A program made the translations under genes and the position numbers. From sequence record NC_004629.1: a DNA stretch of 64,000 bases. One strand, given 5' to 3'. The notes under the pieces are model-generated. The model worked only from the letters and a program-made list of their open reading frames with translations. It was not told the origin of the DNA and ran no database searches. Shown piece after piece: positions 28,601-38,467 of this stretch. Positions within the stretch are counted from its first letter, which is position 1. Each line of letters opens with the position of its first letter.

Positions 28601-28926
28601 TAGATAAATCATTCGATGTATATAGTCTGAAATCAAGTACATTCACTGGTACAGCTTTAACTCTAACACCAGCTAACCAACAGTGCTATAGGGTTCAAAC
28701 TGCTGCTAACCAAACCATTACACTAGAGAATGGACCTGTTGATCGTATGGTAACGGTTGTTCTTGTACTACTTGGTAAGGTAGCTATGCCAACACTATCT
28801 AGTGCAGTGCTACAGTGGAACAATGGTACTCCATTAATAGTAGATGACCTAGGCGATACTAAAACAATTCTTACTCTCCTATGGGACGGTACTAATTGGG
28901 TAGTTTCCAAAGGTGCTGTTATTTAA
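25645..28926 (+). CDS. Collagen-like tail fiber protein, 1093 aa (gp146-like)
   Basis: Multiple Gly-X-Y runs (e.g. GERGPEGPEGPQGKDGEIGPEGPQGEP) alternate with about eight 50-60 aa globular units. C-terminal EVP...YVRK repeats and a WDGTNW end domain. Confidence 0.85.
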   Translation: MASAFEDYVNGELPKRVSSIDEPTSVVNGHIPVSTGVGLNTTFVDPVTIPGLKGEDGQPGKDGDQGPPGPVGPAINIIANVDLATFEQEIKPLDTHNVGDAWFVEDRLWVWESPLGNEDPPVKGRWVETGSLRGPDGTGLVIRGRWPNNLELPKTESNKPGDAYSWNNQLWAWMLISGNNPPENPTIDDYDWFPVTPQGERGPEGPEGPQGKDGEIGPEGPQGEPAMPFTIKDSLPSPADLPDPSVAKESEAYLVTMEAGKPEHLFIFVKGAWSDLGTFQGPEGPQGKPGNTGDPGPDGKQGEPGPQGRNLEVVKAVETADDLLTTTGVEQYQGVSVRSTNTVYVLTGQDPTVDISWTAMGSFRGPQGPEGPQGEDGEQGLPGEPGAQGKSAFQVALDNGFTGTEGEWLISLHGKNVVITGAVANEAALPADAPDQAAYFTQDTSTLFVKIDGNWVNSGTHRGPKGEDGAPGKDGDQGPEGPEGPEGPQGPAGEPIQIIAAIDTPEDTPPEALADNQWKAYTVKSTGEVFVNMDGSRWTSVGIMAGPQGKPGEGLNIKGVLTDASQLPKKDTDPDLVTGDSYWVETNEGTMLYTYQGQEIDGYIGPINLNGEQGIQGVEGPQDPEGKQGGGLLIIYVGDDAGKPVASTDNVGKGIAIHTGTEGQVEVFVCIDTAGTFTWESLGVLAMGPEGPQGPEGKQGVQGIPGKTGQKGERGSSWVILPEGQTAPTSIDGNRGDWCIDKTGTVWYKDANWVVFYKLMSVPVSEVDPEDVDKKMVRYKLGWTELPVDEVVDAEVGVFYGRRKATADGAVEWTAIELPTPAIDAVPSPVVNAQYVRKGIAGGKTEWATITFPEIPSDVVRDTAQATKPQGRVAGNWVDVAPLQTDDTLMGMQNGEWVAVPAAVIGEVPSEGANGTNYVREKTASGSKWTPVTIIVDQADATSGQLFLRNAAAKSWTLFQGPNNDVTADGDWVRSRTGTNITWKKLDKSFDVYSLKSSTFTGTALTLTPANQQCYRVQTAANQTITLENGPVDRMVTVVLVLLGKVAMPTLSSAVLQWNNGTPLIVDDLGDTKTILTLLWDGTNWVVSKGAVI

Positions 28927-28937
28927 AACGACATATT

Positions 28938-28957
28938 GCCCTCCCTTCGGGGAGGGC
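28938..28957 (+). terminator. Hairpin terminator
   Basis: GCCCTCCC-TTCG-GGGAGGGC followed by TTTATTT. Confidence 0.85.
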
Positions 28958-29025
28958 TTTATTTCGTCGTTTAAGACACTTTTTATATTATCTATACCAA
29001 TGTAGTAATTATAGCTTAAAACAGC

Positions 29026-29052
29026 ATAGAAAGCCCTATTAGGGCTTTCTAT
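29026..29052 (-). terminator. Hairpin terminator-like
   Basis: ATAGAAAGCCCT-att-AGGGCTTTCTAT next to the stop of the minus-strand gene at 29059. Confidence 0.7.
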
Positions 29053-29058
29053 TGGGTA

Positions 29059-29775
29059 TCATGGCTTAAACATGGAAAAGTATTCAGCATCGATGAAATC
29101 AAAGTCGATATTAAGTTTATGCTTTAGCTGGAAATCCATGATAATAAACTGTTTATCTTCAACAGCTAATTCACTTACGTCTTTCTCAAATAGCTTTGGA
29201 CCAATAATGGTAAAGTCAGGCATCAACACTTGTCCTAATTCAAGAACATGGGTTTTACACCATTCTCCAAAATTATACATAATCGCCATCGAATAGATAG
29301 AGTTTAATCTAGAACAAGTAAGGTCTGTTAATTGAGTATTAATCAGGGTGATCTGAATATGATCACCTATGTACTTATGTAAGCAGTATAGTAATTCATC
29401 TTGAGCATCTGGTGTTAATTCATATGGCCAGATATTAACTTCAAGACATGTTTCAAAATTAGCATTAACTATACCGTCTAATCTATTCAAATCTGATTGA
29501 GCTATTAATTGAATAATAAATGGAATGATACCAGTGAATATAGAACTATTGATAGTATCAGCAGTATTTTCGCCACCACGTTTAGAATAAGCTTCGACAA
29601 ATTGTTCATTAGTTACTAAACCATCTGTTAGTTTAGTCCAATCATCCATTTCCCTATGCCAATAAACTTGACCATTGGTAACAAGCTTATTAGCCGCATC
29701 TTTATTTAGTAACCTAATGGTCCCTAACCGTGTATCTAATAGTGAATCAAGATCAATTAAGATTTTACGAAACAT
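29059..29775 (-). CDS. Hypothetical protein with HAD-like N-terminal motif, 238 aa
   Basis: KILIDLDSLLDTR resembles HAD motif I (hhhDxDxxh); the other HAD motifs were not confirmed. Confidence 0.5.
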   Translation of the reverse strand: MFRKILIDLDSLLDTRLGTIRLLNKDAANKLVTNGQVYWHREMDDWTKLTDGLVTNEQFVEAYSKRGGENTADTINSSIFTGIIPFIIQLIAQSDLNRLDGIVNANFETCLEVNIWPYELTPDAQDELLYCLHKYIGDHIQITLINTQLTDLTCSRLNSIYSMAIMYNFGEWCKTHVLELGQVLMPDFTIIGPKLFEKDVSELAVEDKQFIIMDFQLKHKLNIDFDFIDAEYFSMFKP

Positions 29776-30271
29776 TATTATTTACCGCCTTCTTTTTAGA
29801 TGGCTTAGCTTGAACTGGGATAGATTCAACTAGATTAGTAATATAACGGATATTTAAACATTGACAAATAATCCAAACTAACCAATCATTTTGGTATAAA
29901 ATGTCAGTTAATTCTTTTCGTGGAATTAATCGCGCTAACATCTCTTGGTCAACAATAGTTGAATTAGGTTGATAAGGATAAATAGAATTAGCTAGTAATT
30001 CCACCACACCATCCCAATCAGTAACAGCCATCTTAAATCGACTAACTAAACTTAAGATGGGTTGAAGACGATTACCTTTGTTACGGAATAAATTCCAGAT
30101 ATCCCTAATAACTGTTTTATCAGCAATGTGATACCAATGGGTATTAGTACTCCAGTTATTTAGTAAATCCAAAATATCCGCAATGATTTCAGCACTGTAT
30201 CCATTTACTAACTCAGTATTAGATACAATTAAAGCTTCACACATATCTTCGTAAATCTGGCGATTATTCAT
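29765..30271 (-). CDS. Hypothetical protein, 168 aa
   Basis: ORF coupled to neighbours by short overlap/spacing. Confidence 0.7.
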   Translation of the reverse strand: MNNRQIYEDMCEALIVSNTELVNGYSAEIIADILDLLNNWSTNTHWYHIADKTVIRDIWNLFRNKGNRLQPILSLVSRFKMAVTDWDGVVELLANSIYPYQPNSTIVDQEMLARLIPRKELTDILYQNDWLVWIICQCLNIRYITNLVESIPVQAKPSKKKAVNNNVS

Positions 30272-30273
30272 AG

Positions 30274-30948
30274 TTACACCAAGTTATTTTGTAACATCAT
30301 GCCTTTTAGATAACATGCAAATGTTTTATTAGATTGCACAGTAGTATCATAAGTAGACATGATGGAATCAACAGAAGCACTACCAGTTTCGATAATAGAG
30401 CGGTTCATTGCATTATATGCTTTCTGGTCACCACCACGTAGTTTCATGAATTCAATCATGGAATAACGGAGACCTTTTGAAGCGTTAACCTGAATCTCTG
30501 GTGCAGACATACGTGATCCTTTAGAATCACCAGTTACTTGCCCTGACCTCTGGTCAATCACATGACTAGAACCTGGAATACTTTTCTTTTTCTCAAGCAT
30601 TTGTACTTGACGACGGATTGGTATTAAACCAACTAAATGTTTATTAGCAGTTCGATATACCTGGCCAGTACCTGGGTCAGTTAAAATGATGTGTTGGAAT
30701 AAATTATGACCAATCGCTTTAGCAACTTTATAATTTCGCTTAATAGTTAATTTAGGCTTAGCGCATAAGTTAGGGGCATATAACGCCAACATCTCTTCAC
30801 CAGAATCTAACTTATTAATCCACTCCTCAAATTCCTCATCATTCATTCGTGCAAACATTTCTTTATAGATATCAACATTACTACTACCAGGTAGAAACAT
30901 GTCAATAATCCATAGGCATTCTTTTTCTACCAATTCTCGTTTAGTCAT
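30274..30948 (-). CDS. gp149: Virion RNA polymerase beta subunit, C-terminal fragment, 224 aa
   Basis: DQRSGQVTGDSKGSRMSAPEIQVNASKGLRYSMIEFMKLRGGD aligns with the bacterial RpoB C-terminus ([23 protein letters not shown]..YGA...LQEMLTVKSDD). Confidence 0.85.
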   Translation of the reverse strand: MTKRELVEKECLWIIDMFLPGSSNVDIYKEMFARMNDEEFEEWINKLDSGEEMLALYAPNLCAKPKLTIKRNYKVAKAIGHNLFQHIILTDPGTGQVYRTANKHLVGLIPIRRQVQMLEKKKSIPGSSHVIDQRSGQVTGDSKGSRMSAPEIQVNASKGLRYSMIEFMKLRGGDQKAYNAMNRSIIETGSASVDSIMSTYDTTVQSNKTFACYLKGMMLQNNLV

Positions 30949-30980
30949 GGTAATTTCCTTTAAGGTTGTTTAACATACCA

Positions 30981-31301
30981 TTAGCTTGAGCGAGATACCC
31001 CTTGATAGACAGGTATTGAATTCTGGTCAGTACATGGAGGCAACCTATGCCTCTTAAGAATTGGTAATATGTTGGCTAGAAAATTAGCATACCATACTTC
31101 AAAGGTGACTGAATCATCAATGGTAGTTCTAGCTGTCAACGTCTGACTAGGGTATTGAGCTAATAGTTGTTGAAAGCAAGCTGATAAAGTGGGTACATCT
31201 GTACACACTGGTAATCGACGTAATAGATCTTCTGATAGTTCAACATCAAACATTCGTAGACGTTGACAAAGTGTTAAACGATAATCTTCTGTAGTTTTCA
31301 T
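30981..31301 (-). CDS. Hypothetical protein, 106 aa
   Basis: ORF with AAGGA RBS. Confidence 0.65.
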   Translation of the reverse strand: MKTTEDYRLTLCQRLRMFDVELSEDLLRRLPVCTDVPTLSACFQQLLAQYPSQTLTARTTIDDSVTFEVWYANFLANILPILKRHRLPPCTDQNSIPVYQGVSRSS

Positions 31302-31324
31302 TATAGTTCCTTAGGGTCTTTATT

Positions 31325-31675
31325 TTACTTTGATATCTCACCACAGTAAATGACCTCTGTTTTTGTTTCAAGCCATTCTACTAATAAATGCCGGTGACAG
31401 AAATTACCAGCACGACAATAACAACCTAATGCTACTTCCTCTAATTGGAAGAACCATTTAAAGAATTCTGGATTATCAATCAATGATTGCTCTAACATAC
31501 TGAGATATGCTTCAGTGTATTCATCATCTGATATAATTCCTTTCTTATGTCCCATAACCATTAACCAAGTAGGTGCGAGTTGATACGCACCTGATTTAAC
31601 AGTTATGTCTAGAGGTTTTATTCCTTTCTCTATAACTAACTTATATTTAGCTATCTGATAAGTGTAAACATTCAT
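31325..31675 (-). CDS. DUF488-like protein, 116 aa
   Basis: LAPTW...Y...YL and LGCYC....CHRHLL patterns. Confidence 0.55.
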   Translation of the reverse strand: MNVYTYQIAKYKLVIEKGIKPLDITVKSGAYQLAPTWLMVMGHKKGIISDDEYTEAYLSMLEQSLIDNPEFFKWFFQLEEVALGCYCRAGNFCHRHLLVEWLETKTEVIYCGEISK

Positions 31676-31689
31676 ATACCAAACCTGAC

Positions 31690-31720
31690 ATAACTAGGGA
31701 TCTTATTGACCCCTAGTTAT
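31690..31720 (-). terminator. Hairpin between uvsX and the downstream gene
   Basis: ATAACTAGGG-10 nt-CCCTAGTTAT; on the minus strand the stem ends in TTATG. Confidence 0.6.
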
Positions 31721-31751
31721 TTTGAAACTGGCGATAACATCTATACTAACA

Positions 31752-33191
31752 TTAAGCTTTTGCTTTAGCTAGTTCAAGAGGTACAATTTTAGCTTTTTCT
31801 TCGTCAGTCATCCAGTATGGTTTATATTCACTTTTACGCATACGTAGTAGGTCATACGTGGATAGGAATTTTTTATCACTAAACTGTTCGTCTTCTTCGA
31901 ACATCCAATAGCCACGAGTATTATTAAGAATAATATCCCAATCATAACCCATTACTTTAAGATCAGCATATAGCTCAGCTGGCGTTACTACATAATCTCC
32001 AAGATTCCAACGTTGGAATTGAATTAATTGTAGCATTTCAGATTGGATTTCAACAGCTCGTTGTAGAGCAGGGTTATCCATCAATTTCTTACGAACAGTG
32101 GTCCGACTTAGTTTGATATCAGGACATAGCTCAACGAAGTAGTTAATGTTATTACCACCAATCCCCCAATCATTTTCACGGCAATAATGGAATTCTGATA
32201 GTGATGGAAGAATACCTTCAGTTTGTGAAACAATGAGATGGAATGGTAGACCAGTAATTCCACCTTTACCACGTAAGTTAATAACTTCTAGAATACGTAG
32301 ATCTGTATCGCCTTCAATAGCAGTTGAATTGTCAATTGGATATAAAGGCATTTTTTCTTTATTGACTAACGGTTTATTAGATTCAATAGAAAACACATTA
32401 TTCGGTAGAGAGTAGAAACCACCTGACACCCCTTTAAGAACCGTATCCTTCTTCATATGCGATAGATTACGTTTATCAGTAGGGTACATCTCAATTTGAA
32501 TGATATCTCCAACGTGTGCAGTGAGAATCATGTATGTACTGGTTTTAGCACAGATCTGCGGTAGCTGGTTAAATAACTGATTCTTAGCTTTACCATTAGT
32601 CATTGCATCAGTGTTTACTTTAGAATCACCGATAGCATTTTTAGCATACATTTCAGACACAGCTGAGACAATGAACTTTGAGAAACTATCAATGAACCCG
32701 CCAGTTGGGTACAGTGCTTTCTTATTATTACCATTCACATCAAGAAATGGGGTAGTACGTAGATAATCTTTTTCAGCCTTTTCTTTTTCAGATAATGCAT
32801 CGCGGAAGATTTTGAACCACTCATCCCCAGTATAACGAGATAAGTCAGTAAACATGTATTGCTCATCATTTTCCCAATCGATAGCAGCTAGCTCAGGATA
32901 AGCTTGTGCTAAAGATGTAAATCGAGCACCTGGGTTTAATGTACCTTCTGTATCGTAAGTCATTGCATGTGCACCGGGGAAAGCACGGCGCATCATTGCC
33001 ATGAGGTAGATACCTAATGCAGTTTTAAAATTGTTAGGTCGTGAAGCAATACCAGTTAGTGATCCCATACCACCATTTAGAATCATTTCACCATGCTTAC
33101 CTTGTTCATACTTACCAGTTGAAATGTCCATAAGGCATCCGATGTTAAGAGCCGGTCGGAAAGCTGGACGTTCGAAATGTTTACCAAACAT
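31752..33191 (-). CDS. uvsX: UvsX/RecA-like recombinase, 479 aa
   Basis: Walker A-like GIASRPNNFKT, YDTEG, FIDSFS (Walker B) and MILTAHV fit a RecA fold. Position matches phiKZ gp152 as recalled. Confidence 0.8.
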   Translation of the reverse strand: MFGKHFERPAFRPALNIGCLMDISTGKYEQGKHGEMILNGGMGSLTGIASRPNNFKTALGIYLMAMMRRAFPGAHAMTYDTEGTLNPGARFTSLAQAYPELAAIDWENDEQYMFTDLSRYTGDEWFKIFRDALSEKEKAEKDYLRTTPFLDVNGNNKKALYPTGGFIDSFSKFIVSAVSEMYAKNAIGDSKVNTDAMTNGKAKNQLFNQLPQICAKTSTYMILTAHVGDIIQIEMYPTDKRNLSHMKKDTVLKGVSGGFYSLPNNVFSIESNKPLVNKEKMPLYPIDNSTAIEGDTDLRILEVINLRGKGGITGLPFHLIVSQTEGILPSLSEFHYCRENDWGIGGNNINYFVELCPDIKLSRTTVRKKLMDNPALQRAVEIQSEMLQLIQFQRWNLGDYVVTPAELYADLKVMGYDWDIILNNTRGYWMFEEDEQFSDKKFLSTYDLLRMRKSEYKPYWMTDEEKAKIVPLELAKAKA

Positions 33192-33288
33192 GTTGACTCC
33201 ATTTTTTAAGTTAAACAGTCAATTAATTGATTTGGAGAGTAATTTTATGTCTACATATTCAACAATCCTTGCGCAAGGAAATTAAGAC

Positions 33289-34203
33289 ATGTTTAACATC
33301 CATAAATACGCTAAAAGTATTTCACTAGAAAATGATTGTCAGGATCTAATTGAATCTGACAATATTGTTAATGATGATATTAGTTTAGTACAAGTTGATC
33401 CAAAACAACAGCTTGTAGATATTACTGAGACTATTTCTCAAGAAGCTAATTTCGCAACAAACGCTATTAACATTATCAATAAACGCGGTGCTAATTTTGC
33501 TATCGCTGCTCGTAATGCATTTACGTCGATGACTAACTGGAGTAATCAAATTATTCCTGAGTTCCATCCAGCGCAGATGCGCCATTTAGTTTCACACATT
33601 GATTATTTAGAAGTAGCAAATACAATCGTGCCACAACCAGTTGGTTTTAATGGTGAGATTCCAGACTATGTTGATTATCTATTAACAGAAGCTAAGGAAA
33701 TGGCCACTATTATTCCAGCAGTATTAGACCCGGTTAAAGCACAACTTGGGTATTACCTACAACAGCGTGCTGATCGAATGGATAAGCGTGGCTTTGCTAA
33801 TTCATTTGCAATGGCATCGATCAATGACCTTGCTAAAGATGCTTCCTTCTATGACAGTGACAACCGGTCAAGTACAGCTGAGTTTGGTAAGCTTTACCCA
33901 TCATTAAATTCATTTGTTGATGCAACAAAGAAAATGAACGATATTCGTAGCATTTTATCACGTGTTCGTCCAAATGATGTAAAACGTGCTTCAGAAGCGC
34001 TTAGTCAATTAATTGATAGCTTTATGGAGGATGTTAAGGATAGTAACTCTGACACCTCTCCAGAGCTGTTACAGACATTAATTGAAGGGGTTACATGGGC
34101 AGCAGACCATGTTGAACGTTATTCAACACTCTTCACTAAGATTGTTGAGACTGCGAACACAATGAAAGCCACTGAAGATATTCTTCGTGAAATCATTGGA
34201 TAA
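33289..34203 (+). CDS. Putative head protein, 304 aa
   Basis: ORF with N-terminal SLE motif (S/A/G-X-E protease consensus). Confidence 0.6.
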   Translation: MFNIHKYAKSISLENDCQDLIESDNIVNDDISLVQVDPKQQLVDITETISQEANFATNAINIINKRGANFAIAARNAFTSMTNWSNQIIPEFHPAQMRHLVSHIDYLEVANTIVPQPVGFNGEIPDYVDYLLTEAKEMATIIPAVLDPVKAQLGYYLQQRADRMDKRGFANSFAMASINDLAKDASFYDSDNRSSTAEFGKLYPSLNSFVDATKKMNDIRSILSRVRPNDVKRASEALSQLIDSFMEDVKDSNSDTSPELLQTLIEGVTWAADHVERYSTLFTKIVETANTMKATEDILREIIG

Positions 34204-34211
34204 CAGCATAA

Positions 34212-34234
34212 GCCCTCTCCCAAAAGGAGAGGGC
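34212..34234. terminator. Bidirectional hairpin terminator
   Basis: GCCCTCTCC-caaaa-GGAGAGGGC flanked by CATAA and ATTATG. Confidence 0.8.
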
Positions 34235-34249
34235 ATTATGTCGTACCAA

Positions 34250-34669
34250 TCAATTTGGAATACACTTCTCATGTAAACTTAATTTAAAGAGGGTTTTCAA
34301 ATCCTTTAAAAAAGTTGCATCATCAGCATATTTCATCCAACACGGAGTCTTACGAATAAGCCTCATGAAAAATTGATCAGTGGTTAGATCTGCTTTATCA
34401 ATCTTATCGATTGCTATCACGCCTTTCCATACGTACGGCCCATAATGAATAGGGAGTCGTAAGGCAGCTTCATCGCGTACTAGTTTCATGTTAGAATTCA
34501 AATGAGAGATCTTTTCACACTCATTTGTCTTACACTGTACTATAACGGAGTACAGTGACGCCATGACGCACATCCGCTTTAGTTCGGGATCAGCATAGTC
34601 CCAGAGCTTAATCCAAATTGCCCTGAAACCATTCTTAACCGACTTTTTGAATCTGCTAATAAGGTTCAT
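34250..34669 (-). CDS. Hypothetical protein, about 139 aa
   Basis: Start moved to ATG 34669 (MNLISRF), which avoids the overlap with the RNase H gene. Confidence 0.6.
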   Translation of the reverse strand: MNLISRFKKSVKNGFRAIWIKLWDYADPELKRMCVMASLYSVIVQCKTNECEKISHLNSNMKLVRDEAALRLPIHYGPYVWKGVIAIDKIDKADLTTDQFFMRLIRKTPCWMKYADDATFLKDLKTLFKLSLHEKCIPN

Positions 34670-34679
34670 GGAATACCCA

Positions 34680-36128
34680 CTATTTTGGGAGAATAAATTG
34701 TGTATAGGGTGATTGATAGATAGCTGAGCCATCATCCGTCACGAACACAATTGAATATGAATAAGAATATGGGCCTTCAGCTACTACAAGAATTTCCATT
34801 TTAACTTTATTAGCTCCAATACGAGCTAATTGGTTTCTACTTGGAATATCGATATTTAATACAAGCTTTAATTTTATCTTACGATCTTTAAATGTGATCG
34901 GAACTTCTACAAAGCCTGTATTAGATGTAATCGTCTTAAGTAGTTGATAGCCAACTTTCTTACCCTTTGCGACTTCCTCGAAGAAGTGCTCGGTAATATC
35001 AATAATACCAACCGACTCTCCAAGTTTACCAGCCAAGTAATCTTCAAGACGACTGCGCATAACATTAAATGTAGCTACAGCATCATTTGCCATACGTGGT
35101 GGATTAAGAGTCCGACTAATGAGTTCATCTGTTGGCGTTGACAAAACATTGATATCTTTCCATACGACTAGAGCAGGTAGTCCCATGGATTCAATTTTCT
35201 GTCGAATGGTTGCACGGTATGCGTTTGCCAAATTGATGATACCCAGTTCTGGATTTTCAGTACCCAGTGCTTCTGTATGCATATTAATTAGTAACTGGAG
35301 ATACTCATCTGGCTCATTTGCCTTATATACACTGAAGGTTGCTTCAGAGATACGACGCCCTAAAATTAAATCAGCTTTAGCTAATTTATCTTTAGCAGTG
35401 TCTTTTGGTTTATGACCATAGTTATGCATACGACCTAAATTATAGGTGTAATAGAACCCATCTGGTTCTTCTCCAGAGTTAATGGCGAAGAGTAACCTAC
35501 TTTCGAGGATAAGTGGATTAACAACTTGTTTTTTAAGTTTGTTAATTTCTTCGCCTTTAACCGAAACCATCACTGGCTTATCATTATTCTGTCCCGAACC
35601 AAGCTTAGCATTAGCATCAGCTTTTTCATTACCAATGTCTCCGTTATGACCGCGGACCCATTGGATGCTTAATGGTTTATTAGTTTCTTCCCATTTAGCT
35701 TTTAGTTCGACCATCTGTTTCCATAGGTCCTGGTTTGCTACCGGTGTACCGTCTGATTTAATCCAATTGGACTTAATCCATTTGGGTAAATATGCGGTCA
35801 TACCTTTTCTAACGTATTCACTATCCATGAGCATCGTTAGTCTAGGTGCATCTGCTTCATGGGCTATTTTGAAAGCCTCAATTGCAGCGGTTAGCTCACC
35901 TGTATTATTAGTAGGGTTATTAGTTACACTACCAAATGCATCAATATAATTTAAAACAGTGCATGTCTCATCTGCACCTACATCTAAGTATCCCTTAGCT
36001 GTTGGTTGCTGTTTGGTGGCTGCTTTAGATTTCATTGCAACATTTTCATAGGTATAACCATGAATACCCCAACCAGCTTTACCCTGTCGGAATGATCCGT
36101 CAGTGTATAAAACCATACCGTCTGACAT
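34680..36128 (-). CDS. rnhA: Ribonuclease HI with long C-terminal extension, 482 aa
   Basis: LYTDGS, TNNTGEL.AAIEA, MDSEYV, WVRGHNG..GNEKAD: the complete RNase HI DEDD/H motif set. Confidence 0.9.
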   Translation of the reverse strand: MSDGMVLYTDGSFRQGKAGWGIHGYTYENVAMKSKAATKQQPTAKGYLDVGADETCTVLNYIDAFGSVTNNPTNNTGELTAAIEAFKIAHEADAPRLTMLMDSEYVRKGMTAYLPKWIKSNWIKSDGTPVANQDLWKQMVELKAKWEETNKPLSIQWVRGHNGDIGNEKADANAKLGSGQNNDKPVMVSVKGEEINKLKKQVVNPLILESRLLFAINSGEEPDGFYYTYNLGRMHNYGHKPKDTAKDKLAKADLILGRRISEATFSVYKANEPDEYLQLLINMHTEALGTENPELGIINLANAYRATIRQKIESMGLPALVVWKDINVLSTPTDELISRTLNPPRMANDAVATFNVMRSRLEDYLAGKLGESVGIIDITEHFFEEVAKGKKVGYQLLKTITSNTGFVEVPITFKDRKIKLKLVLNIDIPSRNQLARIGANKVKMEILVVAEGPYSYSYSIVFVTDDGSAIYQSPYTQFILPK

Positions 36129-36183
36129 TATTGTTTCCTCATGTGATCGATTACTAAACTAGATAATAATTCTAGCAAGTAAA

Positions 36184-36585
36184 TTACTCATCACACTTTG
36201 CACGCCATTCTTCATATGCTTGCTCAATTTTAGCGCGCTCAGATACAATATGTGACTTTAATTCTTTTATATAGTCAGTCAACAAGATATCGATTTGTTC
36301 CGGAGTTTCTATAAACTCTGTAATAATCGGTGTTGGCGGTACCGGTTTCTTTCTTGGTAGTTCGAAAACCATACACTTCTTACTAGTATCCTTACTATAT
36401 TTTTTAGGTGTAGGCAGAACTTTTTGTATTACCTCTTCTTTAGTTGTAACAACAGATGTATGATCATCTGTAGAAGAGGAGTGCTCATATTGGACCACAG
36501 TCGTGTTGTGCGTGTGGTACTCATGTGGCGTATAAACACAGCCACTGATAAGTGGTAGGAGTATTAGAAAGAACTTTCTTGACAT
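36184..36585 (-). CDS. Lipoprotein, second o-spanin-like candidate, about 133 aa
   Basis: MSRKFFLILLPLISG-C lipobox, Pro-rich segment (PRKKPVPPTP), additional Cys, helical C-terminus. Confidence 0.6.
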   Translation of the reverse strand: MSRKFFLILLPLISGCVYTPHEYHTHNTTVVQYEHSSSTDDHTSVVTTKEEVIQKVLPTPKKYSKDTSKKCMVFELPRKKPVPPTPIITEFIETPEQIDILLTDYIKELKSHIVSERAKIEQAYEEWRAKCDE

Positions 36586-36605
36586 GTGATCCACCAATTT
36601 GGTAC

Positions 36606-36896
36606 TTACTTTAGCAAGTCATTTAAACGACGGCGGCGCTCAAGCATTTCAGCCTTCTCAGGCGTCATTTTCTTGAGTCGATCCATTTCGGCTTTAACGG
36701 CCCAGTTGCTTGCTTTAACTGACTTCAACTCACTAGTCACTATGAATAAGGTACCTAGTAATATTACAACTAGGATTAACATTGCCGTGACATGTTTGTT
36801 TTCCAGCAACACTTCCTTAATTGTTCTATCACCAAAGATAGCCCTCTTAAGGAATGGCCAAACGAAGAGCAAGGCTTTAATAGTCAAACCGAGCAT
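36606..36896 (-). CDS. Single-pass membrane protein, second i-spanin-like candidate, 96 aa
   Basis: TM segment VTAMLILVVILLGTLFIV followed by a charged helix; immediately upstream of the lipoprotein. Confidence 0.5.
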   Translation of the reverse strand: MLGLTIKALLFVWPFLKRAIFGDRTIKEVLLENKHVTAMLILVVILLGTLFIVTSELKSVKASNWAVKAEMDRLKKMTPEKAEMLERRRRLNDLLK

Positions 36897-37071
36897 GATG
36901 ACCTCTGTTAGTACTATGCCTACCCATAAAAGCCAGTATTGGCATTTCTATCAATAGACTGTTACAAGGGTATTACGTAAAGCTCATAATACCAGACTTT
37001 TTATTTTAACACAACTAGAACAGACTGATTTTATAGATGGAAACCCATCGCGCTCTAATTATGAGGATTAA

Positions 37072-38412
<1,341 letters not shown>

Positions 38413-38423
38413 TGCATAAATGA

Positions 38424-38443
38424 GAGAGGGCAAAGGCCCTCTC
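38424..38443 (+). terminator. Hairpin terminator-like (purine arm first)
   Basis: GAGAGGGC-aaag-GCCCTCTC flanked by CATAA and TTATA. Confidence 0.65.
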
Positions 38444-38467
38444 TTATATTAATCTAAAGGTGGCGCA

